A DNA stretch of 55,885 nt from an uncultured bacterium (GTDB lineage Bacteria > Krumholzibacteriota > Krumholzibacteriia > Krumholzibacteriales > Krumholzibacteriaceae). Positions within the stretch are counted from its first letter, which is position 1; every line of letters starts with the position of its first letter. The notes beneath the pieces are model-generated. The model was not told the DNA's origin, searched no databases, and was given only the letters and a program-made list of their open reading frames with translations. The position numbers and the translations under genes are program-made. Positions 19,078 through 29,269 of this stretch are shown here, piece by piece. The stretch is from NCBI GenBank assembly GCA_965371515.1, contig CBDUYR010000014.1, positions 1 to 55,885 on the forward strand, in the 5' to 3' direction.

Positions 19078-20010
19078 TCAGGCCCTGGGATGAGAGCGGT
19101 CGTAAATCTCCCGCAGTTTTTCCATCGTTACGTGCGTGTAGATCTGTGTCGTCGTCAGATCGACATGGCCGAGAAGTTCCTGAACGGCGCGAAGGTCCGC
19201 TCCCCCGTCGAGAAGATGTGTGGCAAATGTGTGCCTCATGACATGGGGGCTCATCTTGGTCAGCGCGGCGACCTGCTCGAGGTATTTTCTCACGATGCGC
19301 TGTACGGTGCGCCTGCTTATGCTCTTTCCGCCACGTCCGGGAAAGAGAGGAGTCTCGGGCCGATCAGTAAAAAAAATGGTATAGTCTGCCCTGTCCGTAA
19401 AAGCCTTTTCCGATATCCCGAATATCTCCTTCATCCAGGACTCGAGACTGGCGGAAGCTTCTCCGCTCAATGGAAGGATCCTCTCCTTCTCGCGCTTTCC
19501 GATTACCCGTATCGTTCCCCTCTTGAAATCGCAGCTCATGACGCTGCAGCCGACGAGCTCCGCCAGCCGCATCCCCGTGCCGTAAAGAAGCTCCAGGACC
19601 GCCCTGTCCCTCAATCCCTTCCTTGAATCCCTGGGCGGCAGCATCATCATCCTGTTCATCGCTTCCCTGCCTGCAAAGACGGGAAGGTCGCGGCCCGCCT
19701 TCGGGGTCGAGATGCCGAGAGTAGGATCCTTCTCTATCTCTCCATGCCTCGCAAGCCACGAAAAGAAGCTCCTGAGAGAGGCGATCTTGCGCGATATGCT
19801 CCTCGCCGTGTAGCCGTTTCTCGAGAGCGATCCGAGCCAGCTCTTTACCTGCGCGGGAGATGTGGAGCAGGGATCCGCTCTGCCACCGGAATCCCGCAGG
19901 TATGCGAAGAACTGGAGCATGTCACCCTCGTACGCACGAAGGGTTGCCTCCGACACACCTTTCTCTATTCCTAGATGGATCATGTATTTTTTCAGCGTTT
20001 TATCTACCAT
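19078..20010 (-). CDS. xerC: Tyrosine recombinase XerC
   Basis: GMRLAE, HVMRHTFATHLL, LGH, TTQIYT, HPRA; topA-trmFO-xerC-hslVU synteny. Confidence 0.9.
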   Translation of the reverse strand: MVDKTLKKYMIHLGIEKGVSEATLRAYEGDMLQFFAYLRDSGGRADPCSTSPAQVKSWLGSLSRNGYTARSISRKIASLRSFFSWLARHGEIEKDPTLGISTPKAGRDLPVFAGREAMNRMMMLPPRDSRKGLRDRAVLELLYGTGMRLAELVGCSVMSCDFKRGTIRVIGKREKERILPLSGEASASLESWMKEIFGISEKAFTDRADYTIFFTDRPETPLFPGRGGKSISRRTVQRIVRKYLEQVAALTKMSPHVMRHTFATHLLDGGADLRAVQELLGHVDLTTTQIYTHVTMEKLREIYDRSHPRA

Positions 20011-20068
20011 AGGGGACGATACTAACACAGCCGGATGAATATCATCAAGGAGCCTGTGCTAAATTGAA

Positions 20069-21376
20069 TCAGTCCATAAATGTCGTGTTTTCTGCAAGAT
20101 ACTGGTCCAGAGAGGCGAGAGCCCTTTCGGCCTTCTTCGCCTTTCGTTCAATCCTGCTTCCCCTGGCAGGCGGCAGGAGTCCCATGTTGGCGTTCATAGG
20201 CCTAAAATCCCTTTCCGTGCAGGAGAGATGGCGTTGGAGGGCACCAGTTATCGTGTCGGCCGGAAGCAGGGGCGGTTTATTTCCATCGAGGTATGCGGCT
20301 GCATTGAGCGCGGTCAGAAGCCCGTGAGCGATCGACTCGACGTATCCCTCTACTCCGGCAAGCTGTCCGGCGAAGAAGAGCCCTTCCTGTCTCGCCGACA
20401 TCTGCCTGTCGTCGAGCAGGCGCGGTGAGTCGAGATAGGTGTTCCTGTGGATCGCCCCCCACCTCAACACCCTCGCCACTTCCAGCCCGGGAAGCATTTT
20501 CAGGAGCTGCTTCTGCGCGGGACGCGTCAGACGGGTCTGGAATCCTACGAGGCCGAGCATCGAACCGTCCCGCTTTTCCTGGCGGAGCTGCAGCACGGCA
20601 TACGGCTCCTTCCCGGTCGAAGGATCGGCGAGCCCCCTCGGTTTCAGTGGTCCATATCTCAGCGATTGCTCTCCACGCGAAGCGATCACCTCGACCGGCA
20701 GGCACGCTTCGAAACACATCCCGGATTCGAATCCTCGCTTCTCCGTTTTAGGTGCTTCAAGCATAAATCTTACGAGATCGGTATACCCTTTTTCGGTCAG
20801 GGGGACGTTGAGATAATCGTCTCCTCCCTTCCCGTATCTCGATCCACGGAAGATGAGGGATTCGTCGATGCTCTCTGCCTCTACCGATATGGAGATCGCG
20901 TCGTAGAAATAGAGCTTCCCACCCTCGAAATGCTCCTCTATCGAGGAAGTCAGGTTGTCAGAAGTCAGAGGGCCGGTGGCGACGATGGCACATCCGTCCT
21001 CAGGCAGGACGGTCTGTTCCGTGCGTTCCAATTCGATCAGCGGAGACTGCTTGATCGATTCCGTGACTTCTGAAGCGAAGAGATCCCTGTCCACCGCGAG
21101 GGCATGGCCCGCCGGAACCGCGCATCCGGAAGCCATCTCGAGCAGTCTGCATCCGAGGACTTTCAGCTCGGCCTTGAGAAGCCCAGAGGCCGTTACGGGA
21201 TCGGTAGACTTGAGTGAGTTGCTGCAGACGAGCTCGGCGAGCAGTGCTGTTCTGTGCGCGGGCGTTTCAGCGACCGGCCTCATCTCGATCATTCTGACAG
21301 ATATGTTGCGTGAAGCTAGCTGGAGAGCGGCCTCGCAACCGGCCAGACCGCCGCCGATGACGGTCACCCGCTTCAT
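20069..21376 (-). CDS. trmFO: tRNA (uracil-54)-methyltransferase TrmFO
   Basis: GGGLAGCEAA, ELVCSNS, FYDA, VGFQT, HRNTY, GVEGYVES. Confidence 0.96.
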   Translation of the reverse strand: MKRVTVIGGGLAGCEAALQLASRNISVRMIEMRPVAETPAHRTALLAELVCSNSLKSTDPVTASGLLKAELKVLGCRLLEMASGCAVPAGHALAVDRDLFASEVTESIKQSPLIELERTEQTVLPEDGCAIVATGPLTSDNLTSSIEEHFEGGKLYFYDAISISVEAESIDESLIFRGSRYGKGGDDYLNVPLTEKGYTDLVRFMLEAPKTEKRGFESGMCFEACLPVEVIASRGEQSLRYGPLKPRGLADPSTGKEPYAVLQLRQEKRDGSMLGLVGFQTRLTRPAQKQLLKMLPGLEVARVLRWGAIHRNTYLDSPRLLDDRQMSARQEGLFFAGQLAGVEGYVESIAHGLLTALNAAAYLDGNKPPLLPADTITGALQRHLSCTERDFRPMNANMGLLPPARGSRIERKAKKAERALASLDQYLAENTTFMD

Positions 21377-23574
21377 TCGGGGGCGACCTCATGCTTGCAT
21401 GAGGGACAGCGATGCAAGCTTCCCTTCTTCTTTGTGGTCTTTTCTACCATCCAGGAGTTGCCGCATGAAGGGCACTCCCGCTCGATCGGCTTGTCCCAAC
21501 TCGCGAATTTACACTTGGGATATCTAGTACATCCGTAGAAGATCTTTCCTCTGCGAGTCTTTCTCTCCGAGATCTGGCCATCGCAATCCTTCTCCGGGCA
21601 TGAGATCCCGAGGGAGACAGGCTCCGTGTACTTGCAGTCCGGGTAGTTGCCGCACGCGATGAATCTTCCGAACCTTCCCGACTTGTACATGAGTTCGCCG
21701 CCGCACTCCGGGCACTCCTTCTCAAGAGCTTCCTCCTCCTCGAGTGATTTCGAGTAGCGGCAATCGGGGAATCCGGGACACGCGAGGAAGGGACCGTTCC
21801 TGCTCCATTTCTTGATCAGATTTTGCCCGCATTTGGGGCATTTTTCGTCCGTCTCCTCCTGTACGAGTTTCTTCAATTCGTCCTTGCGGCCGCTGAATTT
21901 CTCGATGTCGATCAGGAGTGGCTCGTAGAAGAACCTTACCACGTCCTGCCATTTTTCCTCAGATCCCTCGACCTTGTCGAGTTCTGTCTCCATGCGGGCG
22001 GTGAAATCGACTTCGAAGATATCGTTGAACAGTTCCGCAAGTGATTCCCAGACCTTCTCGCCGAGTTCGGTCGGGTGGAAGGCCTTTCCCTCTTTTTCTA
22101 CGTAACCGCGGTCCTGGATGATACTGATGATGCTGGCGTACGTACTTGGTCGACCGATACCCTTGTCCTCGAGTTCCTTGATCAGAGAGGCCTCTGTGAA
22201 TCTCGGAGGCGGCTCGGTAAAATGCTGCAAAGCGTCGAGATTCCTGATATCGACCGTCTCACCCTCGGCCAGGTCAGGTATCCAGTTGCCCTCCTCGGCC
22301 TGTTTGTCGGGGTAAAGCGCCAGGAATCCGGGATGGACTAGTTTCCTGCCCCCGGCACGCAGAAGGTAATGGTCACCCGCCGCGATGTCTACCTCGCGAA
22401 CGTCGTATACAGCCGGCGATGCGAGCGAGGAGAGGAATCTCCTCCATATCAGATCGTAAAGGGCTTTCTGGTCTTTGGTAAGGAAAGACTCAACGTCTTC
22501 CGGTTTTCTGTAAGAGTCGGTCGGTCTGATCGCTTCATGCGCGTCCTGGGCGAGCTTTCCCTTCGCGAAAGTTCGCGCTCCGCCGACATGATCCTTCCCG
22601 AAGTTTTCCTCTATCCAGGTCTTTCCCTGCGTCCAGGCCTCATTGCTCACCCGGGTGGAATCGGTCCTCATATAGCTTATCAGTCCGACAGAACCCTCAT
22701 CGCCTAGCACGACGCCCTCGTATAGCTGCTGGGCCACGGCCATAGTCTTCTTTGCCGAGAAGCCGAGCCTTCCGGCCGCTTCCCTCTGCAGCGTACTGGT
22801 GATAAACGGTGGCTGGGGATTCCTTTTCTTCTGTTTTTCCCTGACAGCCTCGACCACGATCTCCGAGGCCTTTATCTCCTCAACGATCCTGCTTGCATCC
22901 GCTTCAGATCCGATCTCCGGTTTTTCCCCGGAGATCTTGAGAAGCTTCGCCTCGAATTCCCTGTCTTCGCCGCAGCACAGAATTCCTTCTATCGTCCAGT
23001 ACTCGACCGGGACAAATGCCCTGATCTCGTTTTCGCGGACGCATATGAGACGGAGGCCGACAGTCTGTACACGACCTGCCGAAAGTCCACGATAGAATAT
23101 CTTCCACAGGACGGGACTGACAAGATATCCGACGAGGCGGTCGAGTATCCTGCGCGCCTGCTGCGCGTTAACCTTGTCGATGTCGATGTCCCTGGGATGG
23201 TCGACCGCTTCCCTGATAGCGTTCTTCGTGATCTCGTTGAATATGATCCTTTTGATCGGTGCGCCTGTCTTCTTCAGAAGCTCCTCGAGATGCCAGGCGA
23301 TTGCCTCTCCCTCGCGGTCCATATCGGTAGCGAGGAGTACGCTCGAACTTTTCGAAGCCTTTTCGCGAAGTTCCTTGAGGACCTTGCTCTTCGCCCGCAT
23401 GTTTACGTACTTCGGCTTGAAGTCCTTCTCCACATCTATACCGAGCTCACGCTTCGGCAGGTCACGTATGTGTCCGACGGATGCCTTTACGTCGTAGCCC
23501 TTCCCGAGATACTTCTTAATGGTCCGCGCCTTGGCAGGCGACTCCACTATGACAAGCACTTTATCCACTGTCAC
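21373..23574 (-). CDS. topA: DNA topoisomerase I
   Basis: IVESPAK, DxDREGE, SAGRVQ, YMRTDS, HEAIRP, C-terminal Zn ribbons. Confidence 0.97.
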   Translation of the reverse strand: MTVDKVLVIVESPAKARTIKKYLGKGYDVKASVGHIRDLPKRELGIDVEKDFKPKYVNMRAKSKVLKELREKASKSSSVLLATDMDREGEAIAWHLEELLKKTGAPIKRIIFNEITKNAIREAVDHPRDIDIDKVNAQQARRILDRLVGYLVSPVLWKIFYRGLSAGRVQTVGLRLICVRENEIRAFVPVEYWTIEGILCCGEDREFEAKLLKISGEKPEIGSEADASRIVEEIKASEIVVEAVREKQKKRNPQPPFITSTLQREAAGRLGFSAKKTMAVAQQLYEGVVLGDEGSVGLISYMRTDSTRVSNEAWTQGKTWIEENFGKDHVGGARTFAKGKLAQDAHEAIRPTDSYRKPEDVESFLTKDQKALYDLIWRRFLSSLASPAVYDVREVDIAAGDHYLLRAGGRKLVHPGFLALYPDKQAEEGNWIPDLAEGETVDIRNLDALQHFTEPPPRFTEASLIKELEDKGIGRPSTYASIISIIQDRGYVEKEGKAFHPTELGEKVWESLAELFNDIFEVDFTARMETELDKVEGSEEKWQDVVRFFYEPLLIDIEKFSGRKDELKKLVQEETDEKCPKCGQNLIKKWSRNGPFLACPGFPDCRYSKSLEEEEALEKECPECGGELMYKSGRFGRFIACGNYPDCKYTEPVSLGISCPEKDCDGQISERKTRRGKIFYGCTRYPKCKFASWDKPIERECPSCGNSWMVEKTTKKKGSLHRCPSCKHEVAPE

Positions 23575-23580
23575 GCTTCC

Positions 23581-24027
23581 TCAGTTGATATTGCTGTTTC
23601 CATTCTCTTCGGACTCACCCGGTATCGAAGGAACGTACCGGAGTGCTATCTCCATCACTTCCTCGAGCGAAGCGGGGGGCCTGTACTCGAATCCCGCGCT
23701 CTCTATGATCAGGCACAGATGTGTCTCCGATATCCATCCGGTACTCCTCAGCCACAGGAGCCAGCCCTGGGCATCGAGGCTGAGCATGCTCCTCTCCATA
23801 GCGGACAGAATACGTGTGCCCTTTTCGAATCCGTCATCGGCGAGCATGCCGCTTCTTACCGAATCGGCATCGAGAAGGAGCATAGCCTGACGGATTTCCT
23901 CAGAAGAGTAACCCATATTCTCGAGTCGCGTGTGCACGGTCCCGAGATCGTAGGGGTCTTCCGGATCGTTATCAATTATCCAGGAAATGATCTTCCTGAT
24001 GCGATTGTCGTCGTCTCTGCCGTTCAC
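23581..24027 (-). CDS. DUF494/Smg-family protein
   Basis: LENMGYSSEEIRQAM and RILSAME resemble Smg; lies directly upstream of topA. GTG 24027 with SD AAGGA. Confidence 0.7.
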   Translation of the reverse strand: MNGRDDDNRIRKIISWIIDNDPEDPYDLGTVHTRLENMGYSSEEIRQAMLLLDADSVRSGMLADDGFEKGTRILSAMERSMLSLDAQGWLLWLRSTGWISETHLCLIIESAGFEYRPPASLEEVMEIALRYVPSIPGESEENGNSNIN

Positions 24028-24076
24028 CTGACTGGTCCTTTCCCTGTCTGCTGTCGGAAAGCCTGTATAATGTCCC

Positions 24077-27000
24077 TCAGGCATCCCTGCCGCAACACTT
24101 TTTATATTTTTTGCCGCTGCCGCAGGGGCACGGATCGTTTCTTCCTACTTTCGGCTCTTCCCTTTGCAGGGGCAAAGCGTTTCTCCGGGAGCTCGCGGGG
24201 CCTATGGCTCCTTCGGGAGCGGCAACCTGTGCTGGCGCCTCCTGCGGCGTGGAAGCGGCCGCGTAGGCGTCCACTGTGCGGTGCATGGCGACCTCCCGGC
24301 GGGGTTGTTTCCGCCCGGTCTTCTCCGGAGAATCGACCCTCGCGTGAAACAGTCCCCAAAGGACCGTTCTGTCGATGTCGTCCACCATCTCTGAGAACAT
24401 CTGGAAGGCCTCCTGCTTGTACTCGACGAGCGGATCCTTCTGCGCGTACGACCGGAAATGGATTCCTTCCCGCAGATTGTCGAGTTCCCTGAGGTGATCC
24501 ATCCATTTCTCGTCGATGCTCTGCAGCATGATCATCTTCTCGAGCTGCAGCATGATTTCATCGGGGATCATCGACTTCCTCAGCTCAAAAGCCTTTCTTG
24601 CCTCAGAGCGGAAGTGCATGATAATAGTCTGCTCTTCCTTCATGTCCTTCTCGGACAGGTTCGAGGTATCGAATTTGAAAATAAATATTGTCTCGAGCTC
24701 GCCGGCGGCACCTTCGATATCCCATTCCTCGTGGAGCGTATCGGGAGGCATGTACCCGTCGAGCACCTGGTCTATCACGTTATCGATGAGTCCGTGTACC
24801 ATCCCGTCCAGGTCGTCCGTATCGAGGATACTGTTCCTGCGTCCGTAGATGACCTCGCGCTGCTTGTTCATCACGTCGTCATACTCGAGAAGTCTCTTTC
24901 TTATCCCGAAGTTGTAGAGCTCGACTTTCTTCTGTGATTTCTCGATTGCCCTCGTTATGAAGGAGTGCGTTATGACCTCACCCTCCTCGGCTCCCAGCCT
25001 GTCCATCACGCTGGAGATCCTCTCGGACCCGAACAGCCGCATCAGGTCGTCCTCGAGAGAGATGAAAAATCTCGATGCTCCCGGATCGCCCTGCCTGCCC
25101 GTCCTTCCCCGGAGTTGCCTGTCGATCCTTCGGCTCTCGTGCCTTTCGGTGCCGATTATCTGCAGGCCGCAAGGCACGTCCTCGAGACAGTCGGTCTTTT
25201 TTTCATCGTTTGGGCATTCGGCGCATCCGTCGGGAGTCTCGCACAGGATGCAGCACCTCTCGCACTGGACTATCCCCTTCTCCAGCTTGATGTCGGTTCC
25301 CCTTCCGGCCATGTTTGTGGCGATCGTGACGGCGCCCTTTTTCCCGGCCCATGCAACGATCTCTGCTTCTCTCTGGTGCTGCTTGGCGTTGAGGACGTTG
25401 TGCGGAATGCCCTCGCGCTTCAGCATCCGGCTGAGGGTCTCGGATACATCGACGGTGACAGTGCCGACGAGCACGGGCAGCCCCGCTTCGTGCAATCTTC
25501 TCGTCTCCTGTATGATCGCGGCGTATTTTTCCCGTTTCGTTCGTAATATAATGTCGTCGTAATCAATTCTTCTGACCGGCCTGTTCGTCGGAATGACGTT
25601 TACCTCGAGACCGTAGATCTTGTGGAATTCCTCTTCCTCGGTCTCGGCGGTACCGGTCATGCCGGCGAGCTTATTGTACATCCTGAAGTAATTCTGAAGG
25701 GTGATCGTGGCGAAGGTCTGGGTCTCTCCCTCTATACGAACCTTCTCCTTGGCCTCGAGAGCCTGGTGGAGCCCGTCGCTGAAACGCCTGCCGGGCATCA
25801 GTCGGCCGGTGAACTCGTCGACGATCAGGACCTTTCCGTCCTGGACGACGTAATCAATGTCCTTCTCGAAGAGTGTATAGGCCTTCATCAGTTGGGAAAA
25901 ATTGTGAATGACCTCGCTTTTCTCCGCGTATCGCCTGTAAGCGGCGTCTTTCTTTCTGATTTTCTCCGCCGGATCGAGGGAGTCGTCCGAGTCTATCTCC
26001 TGGACATGGATGCTGAGGTCGGGAAGGACGAAGAGTTCCCTGTCCTCCCTGGAGAGATTGTTGTGGCCTTTCTCCGTCAGATCTACGACATTGGATTTCT
26101 CGTCAATGACGAAGAAGAGCTCCCCTTCAAGCTCCTGCATCCTCTTTTCCCTCATGAATCCCGCTTCGGCGCTGAGCATCATCCGCTCGAACCCCGGCAT
26201 CTTGCGGAGTTTCATGAATCTCTTGTTCTTCGGATCGCCGCGCTGGGCGAGGAGGAGCTTCACGCCCATGTCGTCGTCATCACTGGCTTCTTCCTCATCC
26301 GCGTTTGACGCCTTCTCGACCTCGGTCATCAGGTCGTTGATCATCCTCTTCTGCTTGCGAACCAGGTCCTCGATCCTCGTACGGAGGAAGGAGAAGTTCT
26401 CGTCCCTCGATGAGCCTGGGACCGGTCCCGATATGATCAGCGGAGTCCTCGCCTCGTCGACGAGCACTGAGTCTACCTCATCAACTATGGCGTAATGGTG
26501 CACCCTCTGGACCTGGTGCTCGCTGCTGAGCTTCATGTTGTCCCTGAGATAATCGAATCCGAACTCGTTGTTTGTCCCGTAAGTGATATCGCAGCCGTAG
26601 ACGTTGTTGCGTTCATCGGGCGACATATCGTTCTGCAGATAGCCGACCGTCAGCCCGAGGAACTCGTAGATCTTACCCATCCACTCGGCGTCTCGCCGGG
26701 CGAGGTAGTCGTTTACCGTGATCAGGTGTGCGCCCTTTTTCTCGAGGGCGTTGAGATATAGCGGCATGACCGCGACGAGGGTCTTGCCCTCTCCGGTGGC
26801 CATCTCGGTGATAGATCCCTCGTGCAGCACTATCGCGCCAGCGATCTGGACGTCGAAAGGTACCATTTCCCACGTGATATCCTGTCCGACGATACTCCAG
26901 GACCTGCCTACGTGTCTTCTGCATGCCTCGTATACGAGCCCGAAAGCCTCCGGCATGATGTTGTCGACCGTATCGCCGCTCCGCAGCCTATCTACAAATT

Positions 27001-27145
27001 CCGATGTCTTTGCGGGGAAATCATCGTCGGCGAGTCCGGAATACTTGTCGGCCCATTCCCTGACCTCGACGATGCCTGAAGCAAGGCGTTTCATAAGCCT
27101 TGTCTTCCTGTCGCCGACAAATTTATGTATCAGTCCCTTGAACAA
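24077..27145 (-). CDS. secA: Preprotein translocase subunit SecA
   Basis: [50 protein letters not shown] motif [16 protein letters not shown] start with SD GGAGG. Confidence 0.97.
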   Translation of the reverse strand: MFKGLIHKFVGDRKTRLMKRLASGIVEVREWADKYSGLADDDFPAKTSEFVDRLRSGDTVDNIMPEAFGLVYEACRRHVGRSWSIVGQDITWEMVPFDVQIAGAIVLHEGSITEMATGEGKTLVAVMPLYLNALEKKGAHLITVNDYLARRDAEWMGKIYEFLGLTVGYLQNDMSPDERNNVYGCDITYGTNNEFGFDYLRDNMKLSSEHQVQRVHHYAIVDEVDSVLVDEARTPLIISGPVPGSSRDENFSFLRTRIEDLVRKQKRMINDLMTEVEKASNADEEEASDDDDMGVKLLLAQRGDPKNKRFMKLRKMPGFERMMLSAEAGFMREKRMQELEGELFFVIDEKSNVVDLTEKGHNNLSREDRELFVLPDLSIHVQEIDSDDSLDPAEKIRKKDAAYRRYAEKSEVIHNFSQLMKAYTLFEKDIDYVVQDGKVLIVDEFTGRLMPGRRFSDGLHQALEAKEKVRIEGETQTFATITLQNYFRMYNKLAGMTGTAETEEEEFHKIYGLEVNVIPTNRPVRRIDYDDIILRTKREKYAAIIQETRRLHEAGLPVLVGTVTVDVSETLSRMLKREGIPHNVLNAKQHQREAEIVAWAGKKGAVTIATNMAGRGTDIKLEKGIVQCERCCILCETPDGCAECPNDEKKTDCLEDVPCGLQIIGTERHESRRIDRQLRGRTGRQGDPGASRFFISLEDDLMRLFGSERISSVMDRLGAEEGEVITHSFITRAIEKSQKKVELYNFGIRKRLLEYDDVMNKQREVIYGRRNSILDTDDLDGMVHGLIDNVIDQVLDGYMPPDTLHEEWDIEGAAGELETIFIFKFDTSNLSEKDMKEEQTIIMHFRSEARKAFELRKSMIPDEIMLQLEKMIMLQSIDEKWMDHLRELDNLREGIHFRSYAQKDPLVEYKQEAFQMFSEMVDDIDRTVLWGLFHARVDSPEKTGRKQPRREVAMHRTVDAYAAASTPQEAPAQVAAPEGAIGPASSRRNALPLQREEPKVGRNDPCPCGSGKKYKKCCGRDA

Positions 27146-27173
27146 AGAAAGAACCTCCAGTCAACCGTACAGC

Positions 27174-27202
27174 AAGATAATACACCGCATCCGGTCAATC
27201 AA
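27174..27202 (-). promoter_or_regulatory. Putative sigma70 promoter of secA
   Basis: TTGATT-17 bp-TATCTT. Confidence 0.55.
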
Positions 27203-27259
27203 GGTCGTCCCCTGATCGAACGGCGGAGGCGTAGATATACCGGAAGCCTTCTCTACCGA

Positions 27260-29191
27260 TCATCCCCCGGTCGTCGACACCACCGGAGCGTGCAGGAATC
27301 CCCCGTTCGAGCCGAAGAAAACCCTGCCGTCATGGTAGGCGGGCGAGGAGTAAATGGGAGCGTCGGCCCTGTACTCCGCCGCGACCGAGCCGTCGGACAA
27401 CGATAGTATGCATAATTTTGAATTGTACGATGTTACAGCGATCATCTCACCCAATATCAAGGGCTTTGACCTGATCGCTCCCCCAAGGTCCTTCTTCCAG
27501 AGCAGCTGACCGTTACTGTCGAGGGCTATCAGGATACCATCCTCGCTTCCCGCGAAAATCCTTCCGTCTGAGGTCACCGGAGCGCTCCTGACTTCGCTTC
27601 CCGCCCCGTATCGCCACATAAGCATCCCTCTGGAGAGGGAATATCCGATCAGATACCTGTCGCCGGTGCCGACGACAACGAGATCTTCCTTATCGAGACA
27701 GAGAGGGGCAGAATGGAGCGATCCTCCGGGCGCCACCCTCCAGACGATCCTGCCGTCCAGGGTCATTCGTACGAGTGAGCCGTCGGTGGTGGCCGCCACT
27801 ATGTAGTCCTTGCCGACAGACGGGGTGGCCCATATCTGGTCCCCTATTTTCTGACTCCAGTTCCTTTCTCCTGACTCGAGATCGAGCGAGATGATCCGCC
27901 CGTCCATCGTGCAGACTATGACCGCTTTATTCTTTATCACAGGACTGCTGACGATCTTGGCGCCGCCCCGGTAGTTCCAGATCCTTTTCCCGTCCGCGGT
28001 CTGCAGACAGAATACATTTCCCTCGTAATCTGCTCCCACTATCCGCTTTCCCGAGCATGCCGGTGTGGCGCCGACGCCTGTTGCCGCTTCGTATTTCCAG
28101 TTAATGATACCTTTGAGCGAGAAACAGTAGAGATTCCCGTCCCTGCAACCGAACGTCACATTGTCACCGCAGATTACCGGCGACGAGGTCACAGCAGCGT
28201 CGAATTTCTTCTTCCATCCCTCCGTAATGACTACCTTGACCGCTGACGGCGTCTTCTCCACTGTCGCAGGCGAAACGGACACAACCGCATCGGAAGCGGC
28301 AGTCAACTCCTCAACATCTCCGCTGCCACCCATTGTCTCGCTATCACCGGTATCAGTATTTCCCGCCGACGTCAGGAGGATATCCTCCCCGCTGCCGGAC
28401 TGCTCCCCATTGTTTCCAAAAGGCTTGAAAATGAGCAGAATAGCAATTAGAAGCGCCACTGCCCCCGCTGCCATCGGCACAGAAGATTTCATGATCTCTA
28501 AACCCCGTTTCTTTCCTTCCGGAAATTCGCTGACAGCCTTTCCTCTTCCCCAGTGCATCGCCCCCAGCGACCTGTCCGTATCCACAACCAGCTCCCCGCT
28601 GATCGGTACGTCGAATGAAGGGAACAGGACGCTGTCGAGAAGCGTCTCCCTGTTTCTCCGTACAAAATCCTTCGATGGTGCGAAGAGGAGCGTATTTCCA
28701 CCTGCCGACATCCTGAACTGGTCGAGAGTGAAAAGATCCCCGCACTTCTTCTCGAACAAATCGGCCTGGCTCCCGTCCCTCTGGAGGACGATCTCGACCC
28801 TGCCCTCGAGGGACTGGATCGTTCCCTCCCTGCCAGTGGCAGAATCAAAATGAACGGGCTCTATCCTCCTGTTCCTGAAGAGAAAGGCCTCTTCGCCCTT
28901 TCTCCACACGATGAGTATGCAGGATTCTTCCAGCCATGAATCGTGTCCGGTGTCTTCCTCGGCTTTAACAGCGTACTCGGCAAGCTCCCTGAAGAACCGC
29001 GCCGGATGTCCCAGTCTGGAGGACGAAACCAGCCGCCGGTAAAGATCTCTCAGCGGCACCTCGTCCTCGGGCCTCGCCCACGAAAGGAAGACGAAGAATT
29101 CATCTCCCTCCGACTTTCGTGAGATTTCGTGATATGTGAGAGAGTTTTTCTTGCCGCCAACGCCGTAACACACAAAGCAGGTCCTTCTCAT
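27260..29191 (-). CDS. Single-pass membrane protein: N-terminal cytoplasmic domain, TM helix, PQQ/BamB-like beta-propeller
   Basis: About 8 repeats of SSP...G..DG.(L/V)..L...G...W; TM segment AAGAVALLIAILLIF; ATG 29191 with SD GAGGTG. Confidence 0.8.
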   Translation of the reverse strand: MRRTCFVCYGVGGKKNSLTYHEISRKSEGDEFFVFLSWARPEDEVPLRDLYRRLVSSSRLGHPARFFRELAEYAVKAEEDTGHDSWLEESCILIVWRKGEEAFLFRNRRIEPVHFDSATGREGTIQSLEGRVEIVLQRDGSQADLFEKKCGDLFTLDQFRMSAGGNTLLFAPSKDFVRRNRETLLDSVLFPSFDVPISGELVVDTDRSLGAMHWGRGKAVSEFPEGKKRGLEIMKSSVPMAAGAVALLIAILLIFKPFGNNGEQSGSGEDILLTSAGNTDTGDSETMGGSGDVEELTAASDAVVSVSPATVEKTPSAVKVVITEGWKKKFDAAVTSSPVICGDNVTFGCRDGNLYCFSLKGIINWKYEAATGVGATPACSGKRIVGADYEGNVFCLQTADGKRIWNYRGGAKIVSSPVIKNKAVIVCTMDGRIISLDLESGERNWSQKIGDQIWATPSVGKDYIVAATTDGSLVRMTLDGRIVWRVAPGGSLHSAPLCLDKEDLVVVGTGDRYLIGYSLSRGMLMWRYGAGSEVRSAPVTSDGRIFAGSEDGILIALDSNGQLLWKKDLGGAIRSKPLILGEMIAVTSYNSKLCILSLSDGSVAAEYRADAPIYSSPAYHDGRVFFGSNGGFLHAPVVSTTGG

Positions 29192-29210
29192 GGCAATCAC
29201 CTCGGGAGAG

Positions 29211-29239
29211 AGATTAGCCACAGGCGCCTGAAAAATCAA
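29211..29239 (-). promoter_or_regulatory. Putative sigma70 promoter of the propeller gene
   Basis: TTGATT-17 bp-TAATCT. Confidence 0.5.
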
Positions 29240-29269
29240 CAATTAATCGGATGGAAATTCCGCTTTTCG

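Noticed and set aside
7626..20010. Two tyrosine recombinases as possible integrases of a mobile element
   Set aside because: They have XerD/XerC signatures and housekeeping synteny; no att repeats, cargo or compositional shift are visible.
27146..27259. SecM-like arrest leader upstream of secA
   Set aside because: No suitable ORF; secA appears to have its own promoter immediately upstream.
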